NCBI GenBank assembly: GCA_051362555.1
Contig: CM120647.1
Location: forward strand, 1,302,001 to 1,366,000
Source of the DNA: Lingula anatina
Lineage: Eukaryota; Animalia; Brachiopoda
DNA length: 64,000 nt
Direction: 5' to 3'
Positions within the stretch are counted from its first letter, which is position 1, and every line of letters begins with the position of its first letter. A program made the translations under genes and the position numbers. Positions 12,901-25,602 of this stretch are shown piece by piece. The notes under the pieces were generated by a model. The model was given only the letters and a program-made list of their open reading frames with translations. It was not told the DNA's origin and did no database searches.

Positions 12901-15237
12901 ATGAAATGCAAGCCATACGGGGTTAGTTATATCTGTGACACCAATATCAGGACTTTTAACTGAAGAGAAAGGAAATAAAATTGTCGACGCAGATGTAAAC
13001 TTTCTAAAGTATACCGTATTATTACACAAAAGGTAATTTGCTAGGTCCCACGAGCGCCCTCATTCGTTCTCGTCTAGTGACATCCCGATTCAGGGGCCAG
13101 GTCGTTGTCGTGATGGACTGACGTGCCTCATCCGGGATTCGAACCCGTGACTTTTCGTTACCAAGGTTGGTGACGCTTTGGATGTCTCATTTGCATCCAC
13201 GCACTCTACCGACTGCTCCGTGACTGACCCGCCCACCCTCCGTACGTGCCAGTTTCCTATTATAGTAATCAATCCGCAATTTTTAAAAAATTAATTCTGG
13301 CAAAAACATTAACATCGTAGCTGCTGTGACTCGAACCGGCGTCCCAGTGTCTGCTGGCCGACAAGACAGCAGAGTTACCACGCAGCCACGACAGCTCCGT
13401 TGACACGATGTCATCGGATGGAAACTTTCAACCTCGTCAAGGAGAGCGCCAGATTGGGTGTACATGTGTAGACCTGCTGTCGCAATCGATAATCCTGGTG
13501 CCGCATTTCAGCCCACGCAACCCCAGTCCTCGACATGAACGGTTAAGTTCGTGATGTACACGAATTCGTGTTTGACAACCCGAGTCGGAGCTCGGAGTTT
13601 GTTCTACACCAAGATTGATTTTGGCTTTACCCATGTTATTAAAGAGTACAGGGGGATCAGAGGCGGTGCACAACAGGCGGGTTTTACTTTTAGCGGGACC
13701 ATAAGATGAGAGAATAAAAAAAAAATACAAAACATTCAAGTGTTTAATTACTGGTGCGATTGCAGTCTTGGGAATTTTGAGTTAAACATATTTGGCAAAT
13801 AATTCCGCCTAGGAGATATCGTTTTTCTACCGCACACGGTTAACAAGTGGTATGACGTGCTGTTATACGGCCGGCCGGAAAAGCTACAGAATTAAAACAA
13901 GTTGGATCGTATTCATTGATAGGCCTGCTCTGTACGTTCCTAGTGATATGACTTCGGATGCTTTTATTTTCATTTGGTTTTGCATTGAGATAACGTTTGG
14001 TTTCACCTTTGACGTTTTAGAGCACGCTGACGTCCACAGCCGTTCACACCTCGGCGGCTTTAGTATTGAGTAGTCTTTACTCTTTCCAATGTCGACTTCG
14101 TACTTGCCCCGGGTACCGTATGAACATATGAACAGTCTTAAGAACCAAGGGCCCAAGACTGGAAAGGAGGGGCATAATAAGACAAAACGTGTGCTTCATA
14201 AAAGGAGTAGAGGTGACGCGACTTTTGTAAAAAATCAAAAGTTTTCTCTCTGCTAATCCCACCAAAAAGACAGCAGATTTTGATGAAATGCAAGCCATAC
14301 GGGGTTAGTTATATCTGTGACACCAATATCAGGACTTTTAACTGAAGAGAAAGGAAATAAAATTGTCGACGCAGATGTAAACTTTCTAAAGTATACCGTA
14401 TTATTATACAAAAGGTAAATTGCTAGGTCCCACGAGCGCCCTCATCCGTTCTCGTCTAGTGACATCCCGATTCAGGGGCCAGGTAGTTGTCGTGATGGAC
14501 TGAGGTGCCTCATCCGGGATTCGAACTCGTGACTCTGCGTTACCAAGGTTGATGACGCTTTGGATGTCTCATTTGCATCCATGCACTCTACCGACTGCTC
14601 CGTGACGGACCCGCCCACCCTCCGTACGTGCGAGTTTCCTCTTATAGTAATCAATCGCAATTTTAAAAAAAATTAATTCTGGCAAAAACATTGACACCGT
14701 AGCTGCTGTGACTCGAACCGGCGTCCCAGTGTCTGCTGGCAGGCAAGACAGCAGAGTTACCACGCAGCCACGACAGCTCCGTTGACACGAAGTCATCGGA
14801 TGGAAACTTTCAACCTCGTCACGGAAAGCGCCAGATTGGGTGTACGTGTGTAGACCTGCTGTCGCAATCGATAATCCGGGTGCCGCATTTCAGCCCACGC
14901 AACCCCAGTCCTCGACATGAACGGTTAAGTTCGTGATGTACACGAATTCGTGTTTGACAACCCGACTCGGAGCTTGGAGTTTGTTCTACACTAAGATTGA
15001 TTTTGGCTTTACCCATGTTGTTAAAGAGTACAGGGGGATCAGAGGCGGTGCATAACAGGCGGGTGGGTTTTACTTTTAGCGAGACCATAAGAGGAGAGAA
15101 TAAAAAAAAATGACAAAACATTTAAGTGTTTAATTACTGGTGCGATTGCAGCCATGGGAATTTTGAGTAAAACATGTTTGGCAAATAATTCCGCCGAGGA
15201 GATATCGTTTTTCTACCGAACACGCTGAACAGGTGGT

Positions 15238-18200
15238 ATGACGTGCTGTTATACGGCCGGCCGGAAAAGCTACAGAATTAAAACAAGTTGGATCGTATTC
15301 ATTGATAGGCCTGCTCTGTACGTTCCTAGTGAGATGACTTCGGATGCTTTTATTTTCATTTGGTTTTGCATTGAGATAACGTTTGGTTTCACCTTTGACG
15401 TACGTTTTAGAGCACGCTGACGTCCACAGCCGTTCACACCTCGGCGGCTTTAGTATTGAGTAGCCTTTACTCTTTCCAATGTCGACTGCGGACTTGCCCC
15501 GGGTACCGTATGAACATATGAACAGTCTTGAGAACCAAGGGCCCAAGACTGGAAAGGAGGGGCATAATAAGACAAAACGTGTGCCTGATAAAAGGAGTAG
15601 AGGTGACGCGACTTTTGTAAAAAATCAAAAGTTTTCTCTCTGCTAATCCCACCAAAAAGATAGCAGATTTTGATGAAATGCAAGCCATACGGAGTTAGTT
15701 ATATCTGTGACACCAATATAAAGACTTTGAACTGAAGAGAAAGGAAATAAAATTGTCGACGCAGATGTAAACTTTCTAAAGTATACCGTATTATAATGCA
15801 AAAGGTAATTTGCTAGGTCCCACGAGCGCACTCATTCGTTCTCGTCTAGTGACATTCCGATTCAGGGGCCAGGTCGTTGTCGTGATGGACTGACGTGCCT
15901 CATCCGGGTCTCGAGCCCGTGACTTTGCGTTACTATGTTTGATGACGCCCTGGATGTCTCATTTGCATCCATGCACGCTAGCGCCTGCTCCGTGACTGAC
16001 CTACCAACCCTCCGTACGTACGAGTTTCCTATTATAGTAATCAATCGCAATTTTTAAAAAATGAATTCTGGCAAAAACATTGACACCGTAGCTGCTGTGT
16101 CTCGAACCGGCGTCCCAGTGTCTGCTGGCTGGCAAGTCAGCAGAGTTACCACGCAGCCACGACAGCTCCGTTGACACGAAGTCATCGGATGGAAACTTTC
16201 AACCTCGTCAAGGAAAGCGCCAGATTGGGTGTACGTGTGTAGACCTGCTGTCGCAATCGATAATCCGGGTGCCGCATTTCAGCCCACGCAACCCCAGTCC
16301 TCGACATGAACGGTTAAGTTCGTGATGTACACGAAATCGTGTTTGACAACCCGACTCGGAGCTCGGAGTTTGTTCTACACTAAGATTGATTTTGGCTTTA
16401 CCCATGTTATTAAAGAGTACAGGGGGATCAGAGGAGGTGCACAACAGGCGGGTGGGTTTTACTTTTAGCGAGACCATAAGAGGAGAGAATAAAAAAAAAA
16501 TGACAAAACATTCAAGTGCTTAATTACTGGTGCAATTGCAGCCATGGCAATTTTGAGTAAAACATGTTTGGCAAATAATTCCGCCGAGGAGATATCGTTT
16601 TTCAACCGAACACGCTGAACAGGGGTATGACGTGCTGTTATACGGCCGGCCGGAAAAGCTACAGAATTAAAACAAGTTGGATCGTATTCATTGATAGGCC
16701 TGCTGTGTACGTTCCTAGTGAGATGACTTCGGATGCTTTTATTTTCATTTGGTTTTGCATTGAGATAACGTTTGGTTTCACCTTTGACGTTTAAGAGCAC
16801 GCTGACGTCCACAGCCGTTCACACCTCGGCGGCTTTAGTATTGAGTAGTCTTTACTCTTTCCAATGTCGTCTGCGGACTTGCCCCGGGTACCGTATGAAC
16901 ATATGAACAGTCTTGAGAACCAAGGGCCCAAGACTGGAAAGGAGGGGCATAATAAGACAAAACGTGTGCCTGATAAAAGGAGTAGAGGTGACGCGACTTT
17001 TGTAAAAAATCAAAAGTTTTCTCTCTGCTAATCCCACCAAAAAGATAGCAGATTTTGATGAAATGCAAGCCATACGGAGTTAGTTATATCTGTGACACCA
17101 ATATAAAGACTTTGAACTGAAGAGAAAGGAAATAAAATTGTCGACGCAGATGTAAACTTTCTAAAGTATACCGTATTATTATGCAAAAGGTAATTTGCTA
17201 GGTCCCACAAGCGCCCTCATTCGTTCTCGTCTAGTGACATCCCGATTCAGGGGCCAGGTCGTTGTCGTGATGGACTGACGTGCCTCATCCGGGATTCGAA
17301 CTCGTGACTCTGCGTTACCAAGGTTGATGACGCTTTGGATGTCTCATTTGCATCCATGCACTCTACCGACTGCTCCGTGACTGACCCGCCCACCCTCCGT
17401 ACGTGCGAGTTTCCTCTTATAGTAATCAATCGCAATTTTTAAAAAATTAATTCTGGCAAAAACATTGACACCGTAGATGCTGTGACTCGAACCGGCGTCC
17501 CAGTGTCTGCTGGCTGGCAAGACAGCAGAGTTACCACGCAGCCACGACAGCTCCGTTGACACGAAGTCATCGGATGGAAACTTTCAACCTCGTCACGGAA
17601 AGTGCCAGATTGGGTGTACGTGTGTAGACCTGCTGTCGCAATCGATAATCCGGGTGCCGCATTTCAGCCCACGCAACCCCAGTCCTCGACATGAACGGTT
17701 AAGTTCGTGATGTACACGAATTCGTGTTTGACAACCCGACTCGGAGCTCGGAGTTTGTTCTACACTAAGATTGATTTTGGCTTTACCCATGTTATTAAAG
17801 AGTACAGGGGGATCAGAGGCGGTGCACAACAGGCGGGTGGGTTTTACTTTTAGCGAGACCATAAGAGGAGAGAATAAAAAAAAATGACAAAACATTCAAG
17901 TGTTTAATTACTGGTGCAATTGCAGCCATGGCAATTTTGAGTAAAACATGTTTGGCAAATAATTCCGCCGAGGAGATATCGTTTTTCAACCGAACACGCT
18001 GAACAGGGGTATGACGTGCTGTTATACGGCCGGCCGGAAAAGCTACAGAATTAAAACAAGTTGGATCGTATTCATTGATAGGCCTGCTCTGTACGTTCCT
18101 AGTGAGATGACTTCGGATGCTTTTATTTTCATTTGGTTTTGCATTGAGATAACGTTTGGTTTCACCTTTGACGTTTAAGAGCACGCTGACGTCCACAGCC

Positions 18201-21200
18201 GTTCACACCTCGGCGGCTTTAGTATTGAGTAGTCTTTACTCTTTCCAATGTCGTCTGCGGACTTGCCCCGGGTACCGTATGAACATATGAACAGTCTTGA
18301 GAACCAAGGGCCCAAGACTGGAAAGGAGGGGCATAATAAGACAAAACGTGTGCCTGATAAAAGGAGTAGAGGTGACGCGACTTTTGTAAAAAATCAAAAG
18401 TTTTCTCTCTGCTAATCCCACCAAAAAGATAGCAGATTTTGATGAAATGCAAGCCATACGGAGTTAGTTATATCTGTGACACCAATATAAAGACTTTGAA
18501 CTGAAGAGAAAGGAAATAAAATTGTCGACGCAGATGTAAACTTTCTAAAGTATACCGTATTATTATGCAAAAGGTAATTTGCTAGGTCCCACAAGCGCCC
18601 TCATTCGTTCTCGTCTAGTGACATCCCGATTCAGGGGCCAGGTCGTTGTCGTGATGGACTGACGTGCCTCATCCGGGATTCGAACTCGTGACTCTGCGTT
18701 ACCAAGGTTGATGACGCTTTGGATGTCTCATTTGCATCCATGCACTCTACCGACTGCTCCGTGACTGACCCGCCCACCCTCCGTACGTGCGAGTTTCCTC
18801 TTATAGTAATCAATCGCAATTTTTAAAAAATTAATTCTGGCAAAAACATTGACACCGTAGATGCTGTGACTCGAACCGGCGTCCCAGTGTTTGCTGGCTG
18901 GCAAGACAGCAGAGTTACCACGCAGCCACGACAGCTCCGTTGACACGAAGTCATCGGATGGAAACTTTCAACCTCGTCACGGAAAGTGCCAGATTGGGTG
19001 TACGTGTGTAGACCTGCTGTCGCAATCGATAATCCGGGTGTCGCATTTCAGCCCACGCAACCCCAGTCCTCGACATGAACGGTTAAGTTCGTGATGTACA
19101 CGAATTCGTGTTTGACAACCCGACTCGGAGCTCGGAGTTTGTTCTACACTAAGATTGATTTTGGCTTTACCCATGTTATTAAAGAGTACAGGGGGATCAG
19201 AGGCGGTGCACAACAGGCGGGTGGGTTTTACTTTTAGCGAGACCATAAGAGGAGAGAATTAAAAAAAAATGACAAAACATTCAAGTGTTTAATTACTGGT
19301 GCAATTGCAGCCATGGCAATTTTGAGTAAAACATGTTTGGCAAATAATTCCGCCGAGGAGATATCGTTTTTCTACCGAACACGCTGAACAGGTGGTATGA
19401 CGTGCTGTTATACGGCCGGCCGGAAAAGCTACAGAATTAAAACAAGTTGGATCGTATTCATTGATAGGCCTGCTCTGTACGTTCCTAGTGAGATGACTTC
19501 GGATGCTTTTATTTTCATTTGGTTTTGCATTGAGATAACGTTTGGTTTCACCTTTGACGTACGTTTTAGAGCACGCTGACGTCCACAGCCGTTCACACCT
19601 CGGCGGCTTTAGTATTGAGTAGCCTTTACTCTTTCCAATGTCGACTGCGGACTTGCCCCGGGTACCGTATGAACATATGAACAGTCTTGAGAACCAAGGG
19701 CCCAAGACTGGAAAGGAGGGGCATAATAAGACAAAACGTGTGCCTGATAAAAGGAGTAGAGGTGACGCGACTTTTGTAAAAAATCAAAAGTTTTCTCTCT
19801 GCTAATCCCACCAAAAAGATAGCAGATTTTGATGAAATGCAAGCCATACGGAGTTAGTTATATCTGTGACACCAATATAAAGACTTTGAACTGAAGAGAA
19901 AGGAAATAAAATTGTCGACGCAGATGTAAACTTTCTAAAGTATACCGTATTATAATGCAAAAGGTAATTTGCTAGGTCCCACGAGCGCACTCATTCGTTC
20001 TCGTCTAGTGACATTCCGATTCAGGGGCCAGGTCGTTGTCGTGATGGACTGACGTGCCTCATCCGGGTCTCGAGCCCGTGACTTTGCGTTACTATGTTTG
20101 ATGACGCCCTGGATGTCTCATTTGCATCCATGCACGCTAGCGCCTGCTCCGTGACTGACCTACCAACCCTCCGTACGTACGAGTTTCCTATTATAGTAAT
20201 CAATCGCAATTTTTAAAAAATGAATTCTGGCAAAAACATTGACACCGTAGCTGCTGTGTCTCGAACCGGCGTCCCAGTGTCTGCTGGCTGGCAAGTCAGC
20301 AGAGTTACCACGCAGCCACGACAGCTCCGTTGACACGAAGTCATCGGATGGAAACTTTCAACCTCGTCAAGGAAAGCGCCAGATTGGGTGTACGTGTGTA
20401 GACCTGCTGTCGCAATCGATAATCCGGGTGCCGCATTTCAGCCCACGCAACCCCAGTCCTCGACATGAACGGTTAAGTTCGTGATGTACACGAAATCGTG
20501 TTTGACAACCCGACTCGGAGCTCGGAGTTTGTTCTACACTAAGATTGATTTTGGCTTTACCCATGTTATTAAAGAGTACAGGGGGATCAGAGGAGGTGCA
20601 CAACAGGCGGGTGGGTTTTACTTTTAGCGAGACCATAAGAGGAGAGAATAAAAAAAAAATGACAAAACATTCAAGTGCTTAATTACTGGTGCAATTGCAG
20701 CCATGGCAATTTTGAGTAAAACATGTTTGGCAAATAATTCCGCCGAGGAGATATCGTTTTTCAACCGAACACGCTGAACAGGGGTATGACGTGCTGTTAT
20801 ACGGCCGGCCGGAAAAGCTACAGAATTAAAACAAGTTGGATCGTATTCATTGATAGGCCTGCTGTGTACGTTCCTAGTGAGATGACTTCGGATGCTTTTA
20901 TTTTCATTTGGTTTTGCATTGAGATAACGTTTGGTTTCACCTTTGACGTTTAAGAGCACGCTGACGTCCACAGCCGTTCACACCTCGGCGGCTTTAGTAT
21001 TGAGTAGTCTTTACTCTTTCCAATGTCGTCTGCGGACTTGCCCCGGGTACCGTATGAACATATGAACAGTCTTGAGAACCAAGGGCCCAAGACTGGAAAG
21101 GAGGGGCATAATAAGACAAAACGTGTGCCTGATAAAAGGAGTAGAGGTGACGCGACTTTTGTAAAAAATCAAAAGTTTTCTCTCTGCTAATCCCACCAAA

Positions 21201-23554
21201 AAGATAGCAGATTTTGATGAAATGCAAGCCATACGGAGTTAGTTATATCTGTGACACCAATATAAAGACTTTGAACTGAAGAGAAAGGAAATAAAATTGT
21301 CGACGCAGATGTAAACTTTCTAAAGTATACCGTATTATTATGCAAAAGGTAATTTGCTAGGTCCCACAAGCGCCCTCATTCGTTCTCGTCTAGTGACATC
21401 CCGATTCAGGGGCCAGGTCGTTGTCGTGATGGACTGACGTGCCTCATCCGGGATTCGAACTCGTGACTCTGCGTTACCAAGGTTGATGACGCTTTGGATG
21501 TCTCATTTGCATCCATGCACTCTACCGACTGCTCCGTGACTGACCCGCCCACCCTCCGTACGTGCGAGTTTCCTCTTATAGTAATCAATCGCAATTTTTA
21601 AAAAATTAATTCTGGCAAAAACATTGACACCGTAGATGCTGTGACTCGAACCGGCGTCCCAGTGTCTGCTGGCTGGCAAGACAGCAGAGTTACCACGCAG
21701 CCACGACAGCTCCGTTGACACGAAGTCATCGGATGGAAACTTTCAACCTCGTCACGGAAAGTGCCAGATTGGGTGTACGTGTGTAGACCTGCTGTCGCAA
21801 TCGATAATCCGGGTGCCGCATTTCAGCCCACGCAACCCCAGTCCTCGACATGAACGGTTAAGTTCGTGATGTACACGAATTCGTGTTTGACAACCCGACT
21901 CGGAGCTCGGAGTTTGTTCTACACTAAGATTGATTTTGGCTTTACCCATGTTATTAAAGAGTACAGGGGGATCAGAGGCGGTGCACAACAGGCGGGTGGG
22001 TTTTACTTTTAGCGAGACCATAAGAGGAGAGAATAAAAAAAAATGACAAAACATTCAAGTGTTTAATTACTGGTGCAATTGCAGCCATGGCAATTTTGAG
22101 TAAAACATGTTTGGCAAATAATTCCGCCGAGGAGATATCGTTTTTCAACCGAACACGCTGAACAGGGGTATGACGTGCTGTTATACGGCCGGCCGGAAAA
22201 GCTACAGAATTAAAACAAGTTGGATCGTATTCATTGATAGGCCTGCTCTGTACGTTCCTAGTGAGATGACTTCGGATGCTTTTATTTTCATTTGGTTTTG
22301 CATTGAGATAACGTTTGGTTTCACCTTTGACGTTTAAGAGCACGCTGACGTCCACAGCCGTTCACACCTCGGCGGCTTTAGTATTGAGTAGTCTTTACTC
22401 TTTCCAATGTCGTCTGCGGACTTGCCCCGGGTACCGTATGAACATATGAACAGTCTTGAGAACCAAGGGCCCAAGACTGGAAAGGAGGGGCATAATAAGA
22501 CAAAACGTGTGCCTGATAAAAGGAGTAGAGGTGACGCGACTTTTGTAAAAAATCAAAAGTTTTCTCTCTGCTAATCCCACCAAAAAGATAGCAGATTTTG
22601 ATGAAATGCAAGCCATACGGAGTTAGTTATATCTGTGACACCAATATAAAGACTTTGAACTGAAGAGAAAGGAAATAAAATTGTCGACGCAGATGTAAAC
22701 TTTCTAAAGTATACCGTATTATTATGCAAAAGGTAATTTGCTAGGTCCCACAAGCGCCCTCATTCGTTCTCGTCTAGTGACATCCCGATTCAGGGGCCAG
22801 GTCGTTGTCGTGATGGACTGACGTGCCTCATCCGGGATTCGAACTCGTGACTCTGCGTTACCAAGGTTGATGACGCTTTGGATGTCTCATTTGCATCCAT
22901 GCACTCTACCGACTGCTCCGTGACTGACCCGCCCACCCTCCGTACGTGCGAGTTTCCTCTTATAGTAATCAATCGCAATTTTTAAAAAATTAATTCTGGC
23001 AAAAACATTGACACCGTAGATGCTGTGACTCGAACCGGCGTCCCAGTGTTTGCTGGCTGGCAAGACAGCAGAGTTACCACGCAGCCACGACAGCTCCGTT
23101 GACACGAAGTCATCGGATGGAAACTTTCAACCTCGTCACGGAAAGTGCCAGATTGGGTGTACGTGTGTAGACCTGCTGTCGCAATCGATAATCCGGGTGT
23201 CGCATTTCAGCCCACGCAACCCCAGTCCTCGACATGAACGGTTAAGTTCGTGATGTACACGAATTCGTGTTTGACAACCCGACTCGGAGCTCGGAGTTTG
23301 TTCTACACTAAGATTGATTTTGGCTTTACCCATGTTATTAAAGAGTACAGGGGGATCAGAGGCGGTGCACAACAGGCGGGTGGGTTTTACTTTTAGCGAG
23401 ACCATAAGAGGAGAGAATTAAAAAAAAATGACAAAACATTCAAGTGTTTAATTACTGGTGCAATTGCAGCCATGGCAATTTTGAGTAAAACATGTTTGGC
23501 AAATAATTCCGCCGAGGAGATATCGTTTTTCAACCGAACACGCTGAACAGGGGT
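15238..23554. repeat. Higher-order repeat: a 3-unit block (4159 bp) present twice
   Basis: Diagnostic variants recur at exactly +4159: the gacgtacgtt 4-bp insertion, the gggtctcgagcccg B-box variant, and ORF-track pairs 15130/19289, 16465/20624 and 17813/21972. Confidence 0.92.
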
Positions 23555-25302
23555 ATGACGTGCTGTTATACGGCCGGCCGGAAAAGCTACAGAATTAAAA
23601 CAAGTTGGATCGTATTCATTGATAGGCCTGCTGGGTACGTTCCTAGTGAGATGACTTCGGATGCTTTTATTTTCATTTGGTTTTGCATTGAGATAACGTT
23701 TGGTTTCACCTTTGACGTACGTTTTAGAGCACGCTGACGTCCACAGCCGTTCACACCTCGGCGGCTTTAGTATTGAGTAGTCTTTACTCTTTCCAATGTC
23801 GACTGCGGACTTGCCCCGGGTACCGTATGAACATATGAACAGTCTTGAGAACCGAGGGCCCAAGACTGGAAAGGAGGGGCATAATAAGACAAAACGTGTG
23901 CCTGATAAAAGGAGTAGAGGTGACGCGACTTTTGTAAAAAATCAAAAGTTTTCTCTCTGCTAATCCCACCAAAAAGATAGCAGATTTTGATGAAATGCAA
24001 GCCATACGAAGTTAGTTATATCTGTGACACCAATATAAAGACTTTGAACTGAAGAGAAAGGAAATAAAATTGTCGACGCAGATGTAAACTTTCTAAAGTA
24101 TACCGTATTATTATGCAAAAGGTAATTTGCTAGGTCCCACAAGCGCCCTCATTCGTTCTCGTCTAGTGACATCCCGATTCAGGGGCCAGGTCGTTGTCGT
24201 TATGGACTGACGTGCCTCATCCGGGATTCGAACTCGTGACTCTGCGTTACCAAGGTTGATGACGCTTTGGATGTCTCATTTGCATCCATGCACTCTACCG
24301 ACTGCTCCGTGACTGTGCCCGTGCGAGTTTCCTCTTATAGTAATCAATCGCAATTTTTAAAAACTTAATTCTGGCAAAAACATTGACACCGTAGCTGCTG
24401 TGACTCGAACCGGCGTCCCAGTGTCTGCTGGCTGGCAAGACAGCAGAGTTACCACGCAGCCACGACAGCTCCGTTGACACGAAGTCATCGGATGGAAACT
24501 TTCAACCTCGTCACGGAAAGTGCCAGATTGGGTGTACGTGTGTAGACCTGCTGTCGCAATCGATAATCCGGGTGTCGCATTTCAGCCCACGCAACCCCAG
24601 TCCTCGACATGAACGGTTAAGTTCGTGATGTACACGAATTCGTGTTTGACAACCCGACTCGGAGCTCGGAGTTTGTTCTACACTAAGATTGATTTTGGCT
24701 TTACCCATGTTATTAAAGAGTACAGGGGGATCAGAGGCGGTGCACAACAGGCGGGTGGGTTTTACTTTTAGCGAGACCATAAGAGGAGAGAATTAAAAAA
24801 AATGACAAAACATTCAAGTGTTTAATTACTGGTGCGATTGCAGCCATGGGAATTTTGAGTAAAACATGTTTGGCAAATAATTCCGCCGAGGAGATATCGT
24901 TTTTCAACCGAACACGCTGAACAGGGGTATGACGTGCTGTTATACGGCCGGCCGGAAAAGCTACAGAATTAAAACAAGTTGGATCGTATTCATTGATAGG
25001 CCTGCTCTGTACGTTCCTAGTGAGATGACTTCGGATGCTTTTATTTTCATTTGGTTTTGCATTGAGATAACGTTTGGTTTCACCTTTGACGTTTAAGAGC
25101 ACGCTGACGTCCACAGCCGTTCACACCTCGGCGGCTTTAGTATTGAGTAGTCTTTACTCTTTCCAATGTCGACTGCGGACTTGCCCCGGGTACCGTATGA
25201 ACATATGAACAGTCTTGAGAACCAAGGGCCCAAGACTGGAAAGGAGGGGCATAATAAGACAAAACGTGTGCCTGATAAAAGGAGTAGAGGTGACGCGACT
25301 TT

Positions 25303-25602
25303 TGTAAAAAATCAAAAGTTTTCTCTCTGCTAATCCCACCAAAAAGATAGCAGATTTTGATGAAATGCAAGCCATACGGAGTTAGTTATATCTGTGACAC
25401 CAATATAAAGACTTTGAACTGAAGAGAAAGGAAATAAAATTGTCGACGCAGATGTAAAAAATCAAAAGTTTTCTCTCTGCTAATCCCACCAAAAAGATAG
25501 CAGATTTTGATGAAATGCAAGCCATACGGAGTTAGTTATATCTGTGACACCAATATAAAGACTTTGAACTGAAGAGAAAGGAAATAAAATTGTCGACGCA
25601 GA
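25303..25602. repeat. 150-bp direct duplication inside one array unit
   Basis: tgtaaaaaatcaaaag...gacgcaga occurs at 25303 and again at 25453; the junction sits at a TGTAAA microhomology. Confidence 0.93.
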
